Assembly: GCA_036258655.1 (NCBI GenBank)
Contig: DATADG010000325.1
Span: 1 to 28,097 of the forward strand
DNA: 28,097 nucleotides
Reading direction: 5' to 3'
Origin: Gemmatimonadales bacterium
GTDB taxonomy: Bacteria > Gemmatimonadota > Gemmatimonadetes > Gemmatimonadales > GWC2-71-9
Positions 16,547-24,998 of the stretch are shown here, in pieces. The notes beneath the pieces were generated by a model. It saw only the letters and a list, made by a program, of their open reading frames with translations, ran no database searches and was not told the origin of the DNA. The position numbers and the translations under genes were made by a program. Within the stretch, counting starts at the first letter, position 1. Every line of letters begins with the position of its first letter.

Positions 16547-18953
16547 CGCGTTCTCCCGGACTCTCCTCGCGAACGGTGGCGATACCGCTGGCGAGGTCGA
16601 AGCCCACCCGGATCACCCGGTCGAAACCCTCCCGGACGGTATCGATGTGGGTGATCAGAATGACCTGTGGGAAGCGGTCGGCCAGGCTCCGGAGAAGATC
16701 CAGCACTGCCGTTCGTCGATCCTCGTCCAGCGAACCGAAGATTTCGTCCAGGATCAGAAGCGAGAGTGGCTGTCCGGCTCGGTCGGCAATCATCTGGCTG
16801 ATGGCGAGCCGCAAGGCCAGGTTCGCCACGTCCTCCTCACCGCCGGAGATTACCGCCTTGGGATCACCGTCATCGAGCAGCGTCGCCACGTAATCCTCGT
16901 CGAGCTCGAGCTCGGTGTAGCGGCCACTGGTCAAGTCACGGAGAAACCCTGAGGCGAGCTCGGACAAATCGGGACGAAGTGTCGAGTTGAGCTCGGTACG
17001 CAAGTCGGTCAGTGCCCGATCGAGCTCCTGGTGCATCATCAGGTCTGTTGCGGCTTCCGCGGCCGCGCGCTCTCGTTCTGCCCGCTCTGCCTTGCGGCGG
17101 GCCACAGCTTCCACTGCCTCGAGCGCCGATCCAGTCTCACCCCGTGCCCGCACCAAGGCCAGCTCGGCCCGTCGGCGTTCTCCTTCTGCGCTTAACTCGG
17201 CTTCGCGAAACTCCCGGAATGCCGTTTCGCTGTACTCGAGCGCCTTCAGACGGTTCTCGACATCCTCGATGAGATCATTGACCTTTCGCGCAGCCGTGCG
17301 GGCACTCTCCAGTTCAGCGGAGACCTCGTCGCTGCGCTCAGTGATTGCGCGCAACCGCTCAGCTTGCAACGCGAGTGACTCGAGTGCACGGGTCTCACGG
17401 AGCACCGTCTCATGGCGCGCGGGATCGTAGCTCCCGAACTCCTTGCTGAGCATAGCTTGAAGCTCATCTGATCGTTGCAGCAGGCGCTGCTGCTCGTCCT
17501 GAAGTGAATCAGCATCATTGGCCTGGGCCGTGAACCGGGCGAGCTCCGCGGTGGCAACGGAAAGCTCCTGCTCCAAATCCAGCCGGCGGCGTTCGATGTC
17601 GATGAGGGCGGCTGGCTCGTGTTGTAGCTGCTCGATTCGCTGCTTGTAGAAGTTTCCGTTGGATCGCACCTCCTCGATCTGCCGGTCGAGCAAATCCAGC
17701 ACCCTGGCATACTCTCCCCCGAGAGGCCGGGCGCAGGTGGGACACACGCCGTCTGCTCCCGCTTTCACCAGGCGCTGCCGCTGCTCCCGCAATTCCTGAT
17801 ACTGGTCGAGCAGCCCCTGTCGTTTGGTTTGGGCGTCCTGTGCATCTCGGACCCAGACGGTGCGCTGTTCTTCGGCTTCCAGCGTGGCGGCTGTCAGCGC
17901 GGCACGGCAGGCGTTCACGCGGTCGGTGGCCGCGGTGATCTGGTCCGGGGCAGGTCTCCGGGCGACTCGTTCCTTGATCGAGGTGAGGTGCGTGTGAACC
18001 TCCTCGAGCTGCGCGCGATATCTCCGCCGGACTGCGTCAGCCTGCGCCTGGCGCTCGAGGGCTTCTGCTTCCTGGCGCAGAGTGGGCAAGGGACTCAACC
18101 GGCGGGCGAGCACCTGCAGATGTTGGCCCGCGGTGGAGAGCTCGAGCGCTTCCTGCTCCAGCCGGGCCGCACGTTGCGCAGCGGCTGTGGCCTGATGTTT
18201 GGCCACCTTCAGCTCCGCTTCGAGCGCAAGCGCCGTCTCGCGGAGCTGCTGCAGCCGTTCCCACCGCGGGCGAATCTCCGCCAGCCTCCGCTCGGCCGCG
18301 AGACTCGCCTGCTCCGCAGCGCTTTCAGCTGACTGTGCCAGGGTGAGTCGCTCCTGGGCACGGCACTCCGCCTGATCGAGCTCTGCCAAATCCGGAAGTC
18401 CCGCCCGCAATGCATCCACCCGGGCCCGGAGAGCCGAGCGTTTTTCCTTGAGGCGTTCCTGCGCTGCCCGCAGCCGATCATAGCCCAGCACCCGGGACAG
18501 GAACTGGGCCCGTTCCGTGGCGCTCATGGCCGCCATTACAGCGAGCTCTTTCTGACCTGTGAAGTAGGTGTTGAAGAACTCGTCGCGGGTCATCCCCAGG
18601 AGCCGGGTGACCCGTTCGGTGACGGAAGCAATACTATTCGCGATCGCTGTAGGCTGGCCATCCTGGTACAACTCGGCCTGGTTGAGGGATCGCACGATCC
18701 GGTAGCCATGATGCCCCAGCGTAAACTCGACTTCCACCTCCACTCTCGCTCGAGCCGGAGCACCGCGCCGTCGCAGCGTCTCACGGTTGCCGCGTGCGGC
18801 CGGCATGCCGTACATGGCCCAGGCGATCGCCTCGAGAATTGTCGTCTTTCCGGCACCATTCGGCCCCACGATCCCCGTCAACCCGGCGCCGAATTCGATC
18901 TCGGTGTGCTCGTGCTGGCGGAAGTTCAGCAGGCGAACGCGGTTGATCTGCAT
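16533..18953 (-). CDS. sbcC: Rad50/SbcC-like SMC ATPase
   Basis: Walker A GPNGAGKTT, Q-loop YFTGQ, long coiled coils with central zinc hook CPTC (17733-17744), signature SGGE, Walker B/D-loop LILDEIFGSLD, H-loop ITH. Confidence 0.95.
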   Translation of the reverse strand: MQINRVRLLNFRQHEHTEIEFGAGLTGIVGPNGAGKTTILEAIAWAMYGMPAARGNRETLRRRGAPARARVEVEVEFTLGHHGYRIVRSLNQAELYQDGQPTAIANSIASVTERVTRLLGMTRDEFFNTYFTGQKELAVMAAMSATERAQFLSRVLGYDRLRAAQERLKEKRSALRARVDALRAGLPDLAELDQAECRAQERLTLAQSAESAAEQASLAAERRLAEIRPRWERLQQLRETALALEAELKVAKHQATAAAQRAARLEQEALELSTAGQHLQVLARRLSPLPTLRQEAEALERQAQADAVRRRYRAQLEEVHTHLTSIKERVARRPAPDQITAATDRVNACRAALTAATLEAEEQRTVWVRDAQDAQTKRQGLLDQYQELREQRQRLVKAGADGVCPTCARPLGGEYARVLDLLDRQIEEVRSNGNFYKQRIEQLQHEPAALIDIERRRLDLEQELSVATAELARFTAQANDADSLQDEQQRLLQRSDELQAMLSKEFGSYDPARHETVLRETRALESLALQAERLRAITERSDEVSAELESARTAARKVNDLIEDVENRLKALEYSETAFREFREAELSAEGERRRAELALVRARGETGSALEAVEAVARRKAERAERERAAAEAATDLMMHQELDRALTDLRTELNSTLRPDLSELASGFLRDLTSGRYTELELDEDYVATLLDDGDPKAVISGGEEDVANLALRLAISQMIADRAGQPLSLLILDEIFGSLDEDRRTAVLDLLRSLADRFPQVILITHIDTVREGFDRVIRVGFDLASGIATVREESPGERDVAA

Positions 18954-20131
18954 CAGGCGCCTGCCAGGTCGCGCTCGACGGCATCCATGAGCTCCTGACC
19001 GAGTCGCACGAACGCGTCCCGATCCAGCTCAGCCGGCAGCGGACGTGCATGAAGGTAGGAAGCCACCAGCTCGGGAAGGGTTTGCCGCCGTGTTGGCGCA
19101 CCTACTCCGATGCTGCGGAGCAGCTCGGGACGCCGTAGATCCAAATGGAAGTGCAACGCCTCTGCCTTGTAGCCGCGGAGAACCGCGTGATTCAGCTCTC
19201 GAGCGACGTGCCGGGGAATGTCATAGACGCGGAGTCGGACGATTTTGTCGGCGATGCCGCCTGGAACACTCCCCACCCGAGCGGCAATGGCATCGTCTAC
19301 GGCCGCCGCTGAAAGGCCTTCGGCACGCACCGGTTCGAGATCCAGAATGTCGCGCGCCTTGGCGACAGCTCGACGCTCCACTCTGCCAGTATCGAGATCC
19401 ACGAGCAGCCAGCCTTTTCCCGGTGATCCAAGCAGCTCCTCCTCGATCAGCTCGCCCCAGAGATTCGGGCTGACGTACTCGAGTGAGCCGGCATACCAGG
19501 TCTGGCCGGCCACTCGATGCTGCACGTGATAGTGGCCCAGAGCGACGTAGGTCCATTCTTCAGGCCCGAATTCGTTGAGGCTGATGAGTGCTCCGCCATA
19601 ATCAGCAGCGCTTCGCTCGGTCGGAAACAGTCCTTCGATCTCACCATGCAGAACGAGAACCTGATATTTCTCACTTCCTTCGGGCCGGAGGCTCGGCCTT
19701 TGAGCGCTCACCAGCGCCTGATGGGGGACCGCAGAGATACTGAGGTCGAGTGAGGAGTAGACCAGCCGGCGAGGCTCATCGATGGCTACATCTACACCGA
19801 GCTCCTCGAACAGCCGGAGGATCGTACCGGTCTCGACCGACCGCGGAGTATCATGATTTCCTGCGATAAGCACGATGGGAGCATCTGGGAGCGCTTCGCG
19901 TAACCGCTGAAACTGCCGGAAGGCGAACACGATGGCGCCGTTGGTTGGACGAACGGAATGAAAGAGGTCCCCTGCGACCACGACCGTATCGGGAGCTGCT
20001 GCTATGACTCCGTCGATTGCCGCTCGGAATGCGTGGGCGACATCTGCCTCGCGTTGATTGATGCCGCCCGAGGTCTGTCGATGGTACTGCCGGATGCCGA
20101 GGTGCGGATCGGCGATGTGCGCCAGTTTCAC
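18953..20131 (-). CDS. sbcD: Mre11/SbcD-like metallophosphoesterase nuclease
   Basis: All five phosphoesterase motifs: HIADPHLG, AGDLFH, AGNHD, VLHG, LGHYH. Probable GTG start at 20131 (MKLAHIAD); the ORF track gives 20161. Its TGA overlaps the sbcC ATG. Confidence 0.94.
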   Translation of the reverse strand: MKLAHIADPHLGIRQYHRQTSGGINQREADVAHAFRAAIDGVIAAAPDTVVVAGDLFHSVRPTNGAIVFAFRQFQRLREALPDAPIVLIAGNHDTPRSVETGTILRLFEELGVDVAIDEPRRLVYSSLDLSISAVPHQALVSAQRPSLRPEGSEKYQVLVLHGEIEGLFPTERSAADYGGALISLNEFGPEEWTYVALGHYHVQHRVAGQTWYAGSLEYVSPNLWGELIEEELLGSPGKGWLLVDLDTGRVERRAVAKARDILDLEPVRAEGLSAAAVDDAIAARVGSVPGGIADKIVRLRVYDIPRHVARELNHAVLRGYKAEALHFHLDLRRPELLRSIGVGAPTRRQTLPELVASYLHARPLPAELDRDAFVRLGQELMDAVERDLAGA

Positions 20132-20205
20132 GGGTTGAGAATACTGCAGCCTAACTCTCACGGCCAGCGGGAGTGACCGCAGCCGGTTGACTCCGATGTA
20201 TGTCT

Positions 20206-22149
20206 TTAACCCCCGTACGGGTCATCGCTTCGGTTGAGAGCCGGAATGCCTACTCGCGGTCCGACAGTCTCTGCGGGCATCCGGCGACCGAGGCACGCGG
20301 AGAAGAATGCGTAGACATCAGCCGGGCGCTCGCGCCGGGTCGCCGCCAATGCACGCCGGACGTCCTCCTCCCGCCTGCCGTCAATCAGGGCTCGCACTCC
20401 CTCGCTCGATACCCGGCGGTCCAATTGTCGAAGCTGTCGAATGACCGCATCGGCGAACGGAAGCTCGGCGGCCGGTGGAAAGCGCTCGATCCCCTCGCGG
20501 CTGTTCAGCACCGCAGGCCGCGGGAACTTGACGAAGATTGGTTGAGTGAAGTGAGGATGGCGCAACATCAGCTCACCCTTGGGCAAGGTAGCGAGCTTGA
20601 TCTTCGTCGCCGGCGAGATAGTCGCATATCCGGGTGTGGCCAGCTCGTCTCCATCCATTCGGCCGTAGATCCCGGTACCCGCATTCCCCACAACCCGGCG
20701 CTGCACCTGGGAGCGGAACTGCTGGGCGGAGAACAGGACCAAACCCAGATAGCGGCCACGCTCGGATAAATCGAGCAGCATCTTGCGAACATAGGTGTCC
20801 GGCCCATCGGCCGGCGCGTACTTGTTCAGCTCGTCCACGAAAACGACGACGTGGTCGACGCCGAGGTCCCGCCGCTCGAGATGCTCCCTCAGTTTGGAGA
20901 CCACCCGGGCGAACACCAGATCCTGCGCCAACGGATCCAGCCCAGCAACATCGATGACGTGAACGCTGCGATCCGTGAAACGGCCCCAGGGCAAGTCGTT
21001 TGCCACGCCATCGTCGGTCACCAGTCCTTTGGACCGGGTGCTGATGTTGCTGAGTCGGTTGCGCACCTTCCGGATAGTGGCAATATGGTGGGTCCGCCAG
21101 ACCTCCCCGCCTTTCCCCATTGCCTCCATGAAATCGAAAATTCGACGGAAGAACTCCTCCAGGTCGGCAAAACTTTGAACGAGGAACGGCCTGGATCGGA
21201 GTGTCTCATCGACGTACTCGCGTCCTACCACCCGTTCCGCAAGGAAGTCGATGAAAGCATCCGCCTTAGCGTCGATGTCGTCCCGGTTGAGTACCACTTC
21301 CGCGTAGTCCAGGACCTCTCGGAGACCCCACACAAGAGGCTGAGTGTTAGCGGCGAGCGCATCGTGGGTCCGCAGAGTATTGAGGTTCACTCCGTCCGGT
21401 TTCAGCGGCGCATAATACTGGACGTCTTCGAAAGGTTCCGGTCGCAGTCCCAGCCTGGAGTACTGGCGAAGGTCCTCCGCAGTCAGGGTCGCGGGCTGGT
21501 CAAGAAAGCAGAGATCTGGTCCTTTCACATTGAAACAGACCGCAGCCACCGTCCCTTTGTGCCGGGGGAAGGTCTGGAAGATGCTGCTCAGCAGGAATTC
21601 CACCGCGCTCGTCTTGGTGGCCAGTCCTGAAACGCCAGTGATGTTGAGATGAGCGGCCTCAGGTCCCAGCAGAAAGTCGCAATCCAGGTACACCGGGGCC
21701 TCCAGGCCTCCCGCCGCGTAGAGCCCAACCGGAGTGCCGGTGGCCCGCTCCCCGGAGGTATAGCTGTCCATCCGCAGGGCGAGGATTACATCGGTGTCAC
21801 TCGCGAGCCAGACTGAGCCGAGCGGCACTGGCTGAAGGGGTTCCTCCGGGTTTTGACGAAGCACCGCCGCCGAATACAATCGGATTTCGGCCCGTGTGGT
21901 CGGCTCCAGTCCCGCGGCGACAGGATCCCCATCGGAACCGATGGAGGCATGCAGGGGCGAAACGAGATCGGAGTAGGCGAAACCATCGGTCACGACCCCG
22001 TAGACGACCCGATCACCTTCCTCTACTCGCACGATGGCTCCGATCCCAACCGGGGACTCCCGCGCGGTCCAGAAGTGGAACTGGTGCGGAGTCGAGGGCT
22101 TGAGCTCGGTCGCTACGACGCGGCCGATGGGGGGCGTTGCAGGAGGCAT
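20206..22149 (-). CDS. herA: HerA-family helicase/translocase ATPase
   Basis: N-terminal HAS-barrel-like region (IGRVVATELKPSTPHQFHFW), variant Walker A GVSGLATKTS, NVKGPDL, Walker B VVFVDELNKYAP, RGRYLG and SAQQ. Probable start ATG 22149, because the upstream extension is a repeat/hairpin element. Confidence 0.88.
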   Translation of the reverse strand: MPPATPPIGRVVATELKPSTPHQFHFWTARESPVGIGAIVRVEEGDRVVYGVVTDGFAYSDLVSPLHASIGSDGDPVAAGLEPTTRAEIRLYSAAVLRQNPEEPLQPVPLGSVWLASDTDVILALRMDSYTSGERATGTPVGLYAAGGLEAPVYLDCDFLLGPEAAHLNITGVSGLATKTSAVEFLLSSIFQTFPRHKGTVAAVCFNVKGPDLCFLDQPATLTAEDLRQYSRLGLRPEPFEDVQYYAPLKPDGVNLNTLRTHDALAANTQPLVWGLREVLDYAEVVLNRDDIDAKADAFIDFLAERVVGREYVDETLRSRPFLVQSFADLEEFFRRIFDFMEAMGKGGEVWRTHHIATIRKVRNRLSNISTRSKGLVTDDGVANDLPWGRFTDRSVHVIDVAGLDPLAQDLVFARVVSKLREHLERRDLGVDHVVVFVDELNKYAPADGPDTYVRKMLLDLSERGRYLGLVLFSAQQFRSQVQRRVVGNAGTGIYGRMDGDELATPGYATISPATKIKLATLPKGELMLRHPHFTQPIFVKFPRPAVLNSREGIERFPPAAELPFADAVIRQLRQLDRRVSSEGVRALIDGRREEDVRRALAATRRERPADVYAFFSACLGRRMPAETVGPRVGIPALNRSDDPYGG

Positions 22150-22164
22150 GGGAGAAATAAAGCC

Positions 22165-22233
22165 GTAAACAGTGAACAGTAAACAGTGAACCGAGAATCC
22201 ATCGCATCTCGGTTCACCTTCACTCACTGCTCA
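22165..22233. repeat. Heptamer tandem repeat (GT[A/G]AAC[A/C] x4) fused to an 11-bp perfect hairpin
   Basis: GTAAACA GTGAACA GTAAACA GTGAACC at 22165-22192. Stem GTGAACCGAGA (22186-22196) / TCTCGGTTCAC (22207-22217), followed by degenerate TCAC units. Confidence 0.8.
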
Positions 22234-23151
22234 CGCTGTTTTAGATCGCAGGTACTGTTCCACGCTGTAGATGCCGTACAAAAGCCGGTCCCAGCGCCGA
22301 TCGGGGAGGCTCAGAGGGGCCCGTTCGGCTAATAGCCATTGCGAGATGGCATCGGCAGTTTCGCTGGTTCCGTTGCGTGGGGATACCTCGACCCGGACCA
22401 GGCCATGGAGGAGATCTTTTCCTTCCCAGGGCCACAGCCGCAGCCCCCAGGCACATACCGGCGCCAACGATCTGGTCCGCGGTTGGTACACGGAGGACCG
22501 GTACCCTGGAGGAATCCGGAGATAGCGCTCGAGGTCGTCCCCGTCGAACGGGAGAATAGAATGACTCTTGGAGACCGCAACCATCCGGTCGTCCGCGCTC
22601 CACCGGGGACTCTCGGAAAGGGCACCATCAACCACCAGCCAGGCATCGCTCCTGGTTCGGTAGCGGTCCCCCACTGCCAGCTCCAGCGTACCTCGGGTGC
22701 GGTCGAGGGCCCGCGCAGCCTGCACCAAGTCCCGCACCGGGTGCGGGACCTCGTCGTCAGGCAAAGGAACCAAATCCAGGCCGTCGAGCACCGCACCGGC
22801 TCTGGCCAGTGCCGCAGGCCGGGCGAGCGCGAGGCCGCGCCGCTCCTCCAAGACGGTGTGCAGCTGCCGCCCCCGCCGCTCTCGCACCGCAGCGGCTATC
22901 TCAGCTACAAGGATCGGAGAGGCGCCCGCGTAGGCGACAACCTCAGATCTCTGAATGCCATCGAGGAAGGCCAGCGGTTCGGGATGCGAGTGGCCGGTAC
23001 TCACCGGAAGACTCTTTAATCGACTGCCCTCCACCAGTCTGGCGAGCTGGATCGAGGCCTCCTCGACCCGTCCTCCACTGGAATCGGCAATCGTGCTTGC
23101 CGAGCTCAAGCCCCTGGCAGCGAGCGCCCTCCGGAGTGGATCAAGATTCAT
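22231..23151 (-). CDS. nurA: NurA-like 5'-3' nuclease (RNase H fold)
   Basis: Acidic motifs LAFLDGIQRS and WLVVDGAL, VAVSKSH and a C-terminal helix LLYGIYSVEQYL. Position directly upstream of herA. Confidence 0.75.
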   Translation of the reverse strand: MNLDPLRRALAARGLSSASTIADSSGGRVEEASIQLARLVEGSRLKSLPVSTGHSHPEPLAFLDGIQRSEVVAYAGASPILVAEIAAAVRERRGRQLHTVLEERRGLALARPAALARAGAVLDGLDLVPLPDDEVPHPVRDLVQAARALDRTRGTLELAVGDRYRTRSDAWLVVDGALSESPRWSADDRMVAVSKSHSILPFDGDDLERYLRIPPGYRSSVYQPRTRSLAPVCAWGLRLWPWEGKDLLHGLVRVEVSPRNGTSETADAISQWLLAERAPLSLPDRRWDRLLYGIYSVEQYLRSKTA

Positions 23152-23283
23152 ACGTCCCTCGCTCAGCGATCGAAAACGGTCCTGTACGCAGGCCTCTCGA
23201 GGGTTACAATTACAGAACAGGAGTCGTGCATCAAGGCGGGACGAGTTCCAGGCAAGCTTGCTGATAGGCGAGGCTAAAGTTCC

Positions 23284-23706
23284 GTGAACAAAAAGACACT
23301 CACCGCGACGGAGTCGCCGGCCACGTGGGGCGCCTACCCAGCCGAACGGTTGACGGAACTTCTCACATCTTTCTCCAGTCTCCGCACCAGCAATCGGATA
23401 CTCATTGAGCAGATTCGCGGCTCAATCAGCGAGCTCCTTGAGTTGCGGAACAAGCTACGAGAAAAGCAGGCGGACCTGCCGGGCACTGACGCCAAGATGA
23501 GCCAGAGGGTCCTGAAGGAGCGGTTTCGGCTCACGAGACGTGAGCTCGAAGTGGCGCAGCTCCTGGCCAAAGGCCGGTCCAACCAGGCCATAGCTCGTGA
23601 GCTTAAGATCAGCGCTCACACCGCCCGCCACCATACCCAGCGGATCCTCTCCAAGCTGGAGGTGCATTCGCGGGGCGAAGCCGGCGCCAAAATCCGTGGT
23701 GGCTAG
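23284..23706 (+). CDS. LuxR/GerE-type HTH transcriptional regulator with N-terminal coiled coil
   Basis: C-terminal LTRRELEVAQLLAKGRSNQAIARELKISAHTARHHTQRILSKLEVHSR. GTG start. The N-terminal region is helical and has no receiver motifs. Confidence 0.9.
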   Translation: MNKKTLTATESPATWGAYPAERLTELLTSFSSLRTSNRILIEQIRGSISELLELRNKLREKQADLPGTDAKMSQRVLKERFRLTRRELEVAQLLAKGRSNQAIARELKISAHTARHHTQRILSKLEVHSRGEAGAKIRGG

Positions 23707-23731
23707 ACGCAGCCTGCCATTGTGTCAGATT

Positions 23732-23751
23732 GATAGGCAGTTCAGCCTATC
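23732..23751. promoter_or_regulatory. 20-bp palindrome GATAGGC-N6-GCCTATC, candidate operator
   Basis: Perfect 7-bp arms at 23732-23738 and 23745-23751, between the luxR stop and the uxs start. No U-tract follows. Confidence 0.4.
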
Positions 23752-23889
23752 CTCCCGATCGTAATCCGTTCTCCGTGAGCAACGTCACCGACAGGTAAGT
23801 AGGTTGCCGGGCATCCTGACATTGTACTTACCCGGCGCAGCAATACGGTGTAAGTCGTCGGGTGCAATGCCAAGCTGAACGGTTTTGAA

Positions 23890-24939
23890 ATGAAGGTGTT
23901 GGTGACGGGTGGTGCGGGCTTCATTGGCTCGCATCTTTGTGAGCGGCTGATTTCGCAAGGCCACGAGGTCGTCTGCCTGGACAACTTCTTTACAGGCCGG
24001 CGAGATAACATCCGTCATCTGCTCGATTACAGTCGATTCGAGCTGCTGCGCCACGACGTCTGCGAGCCGCTGCTGCTGCAGGTAGACCAGATCTACAACC
24101 TGGCCTGTCCCGCCTCGCCGGTGCACTACCAGTACAATCCCATCAAGACCGTGAAGTCGAACGTCATGGGCACTCTGAACATGCTGGTGCTGGCTCGCCG
24201 CGTGGGTGCCCGGATCCTCCAGGCGTCCACCTCAGAGGTCTATGGCGAGCCGCACGTGCACCCGCAACCGGAGAGCTACTGGGGGAACGTTAATCCCATC
24301 GGTCTCCGCTCCTGCTACGACGAGGGAAAGCGAGTGGCCGAGACGCTCATGATGGATTACCACCGGCAAAACAAGGTCGACACCCGTATCGCTCGGATTT
24401 TTAACACCTATGGCCCTCGCATGGCGGAGTCGGACGGGCGCGTCGTGTCCAATTTCATCGTCCAGGCGCTGAAAGGTGAGCCGCTCACGCTTTATGGAGA
24501 TGGCAGCCAGACTCGCTCCTTCTGCTACGTAGATGATCTCGTCACCGGACTCATGCGTCTGATGGAAGCAGACGGACTGCACGAACCGGTCAATCTCGGC
24601 AACCCGGGGGAGTTCTCGATCCGTCAGCTGGCTGAGACCATCGCGGAGCTCTGTGGCGCCGCGCTGGCGATTGAACATCGTCCCCTGCCCCAGGACGATC
24701 CTACGCAGCGCCGCCCCGACATAACCCGGGCCAGGCAGCTCCTGGGCTGGCAACCCACCGTACACCTGCGCGAGGGCCTGGAGCGCACCATTCCCTACTT
24801 CGCTGAGCGGTTGAAGCGCTCCTCGAGACACCTCGCGAAGCACAACGGTCGGTTGGTCACCAGTGGCGATATCCCATTTGTGGAGCGCCGCCGAGCGTAC
24901 AGCGAGGCGGCGACCTGGACCGACCGACACCGATCCTGA
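23890..24939 (+). CDS. uxs: UDP-glucuronate decarboxylase (UDP-xylose synthase), extended SDR
   Basis: [75 protein letters not shown]. Confidence 0.93.
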   Translation: MKVLVTGGAGFIGSHLCERLISQGHEVVCLDNFFTGRRDNIRHLLDYSRFELLRHDVCEPLLLQVDQIYNLACPASPVHYQYNPIKTVKSNVMGTLNMLVLARRVGARILQASTSEVYGEPHVHPQPESYWGNVNPIGLRSCYDEGKRVAETLMMDYHRQNKVDTRIARIFNTYGPRMAESDGRVVSNFIVQALKGEPLTLYGDGSQTRSFCYVDDLVTGLMRLMEADGLHEPVNLGNPGEFSIRQLAETIAELCGAALAIEHRPLPQDDPTQRRPDITRARQLLGWQPTVHLREGLERTIPYFAERLKRSSRHLAKHNGRLVTSGDIPFVERRRAYSEAATWTDRHRS

Positions 24940-24998
24940 CCTCGAACAATCGAGCGGGACATAGCATCAGCCCGCGCACACCAATGGGAGACGGATGG

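Noticed and set aside
20206-22149. HerA as part of an anti-phage Sir2-HerA or DUF4297-HerA system
   Set aside because: There is no Sir2 or DUF4297 partner. The neighbours are NurA, Mre11 and Rad50 homologues.
22150-22227. N-terminal extension of HerA (MSEGEPRCDGFSVHCLLFTVYGF)
   Set aside because: It is the translation of the heptamer-repeat/hairpin element, not a plausible protein segment.
22165-22233. Mini CRISPR array
   Set aside because: The units are 7 bp in direct tandem with no spacers, and there are no cas genes.
23152-23283. LexA/SOS box upstream of the repair operon
   Set aside because: Neither CTGT-N8-ACAG nor GAAC-N4-GTTC is matched. The lineage-specific motif is unknown to me, so no call is made.
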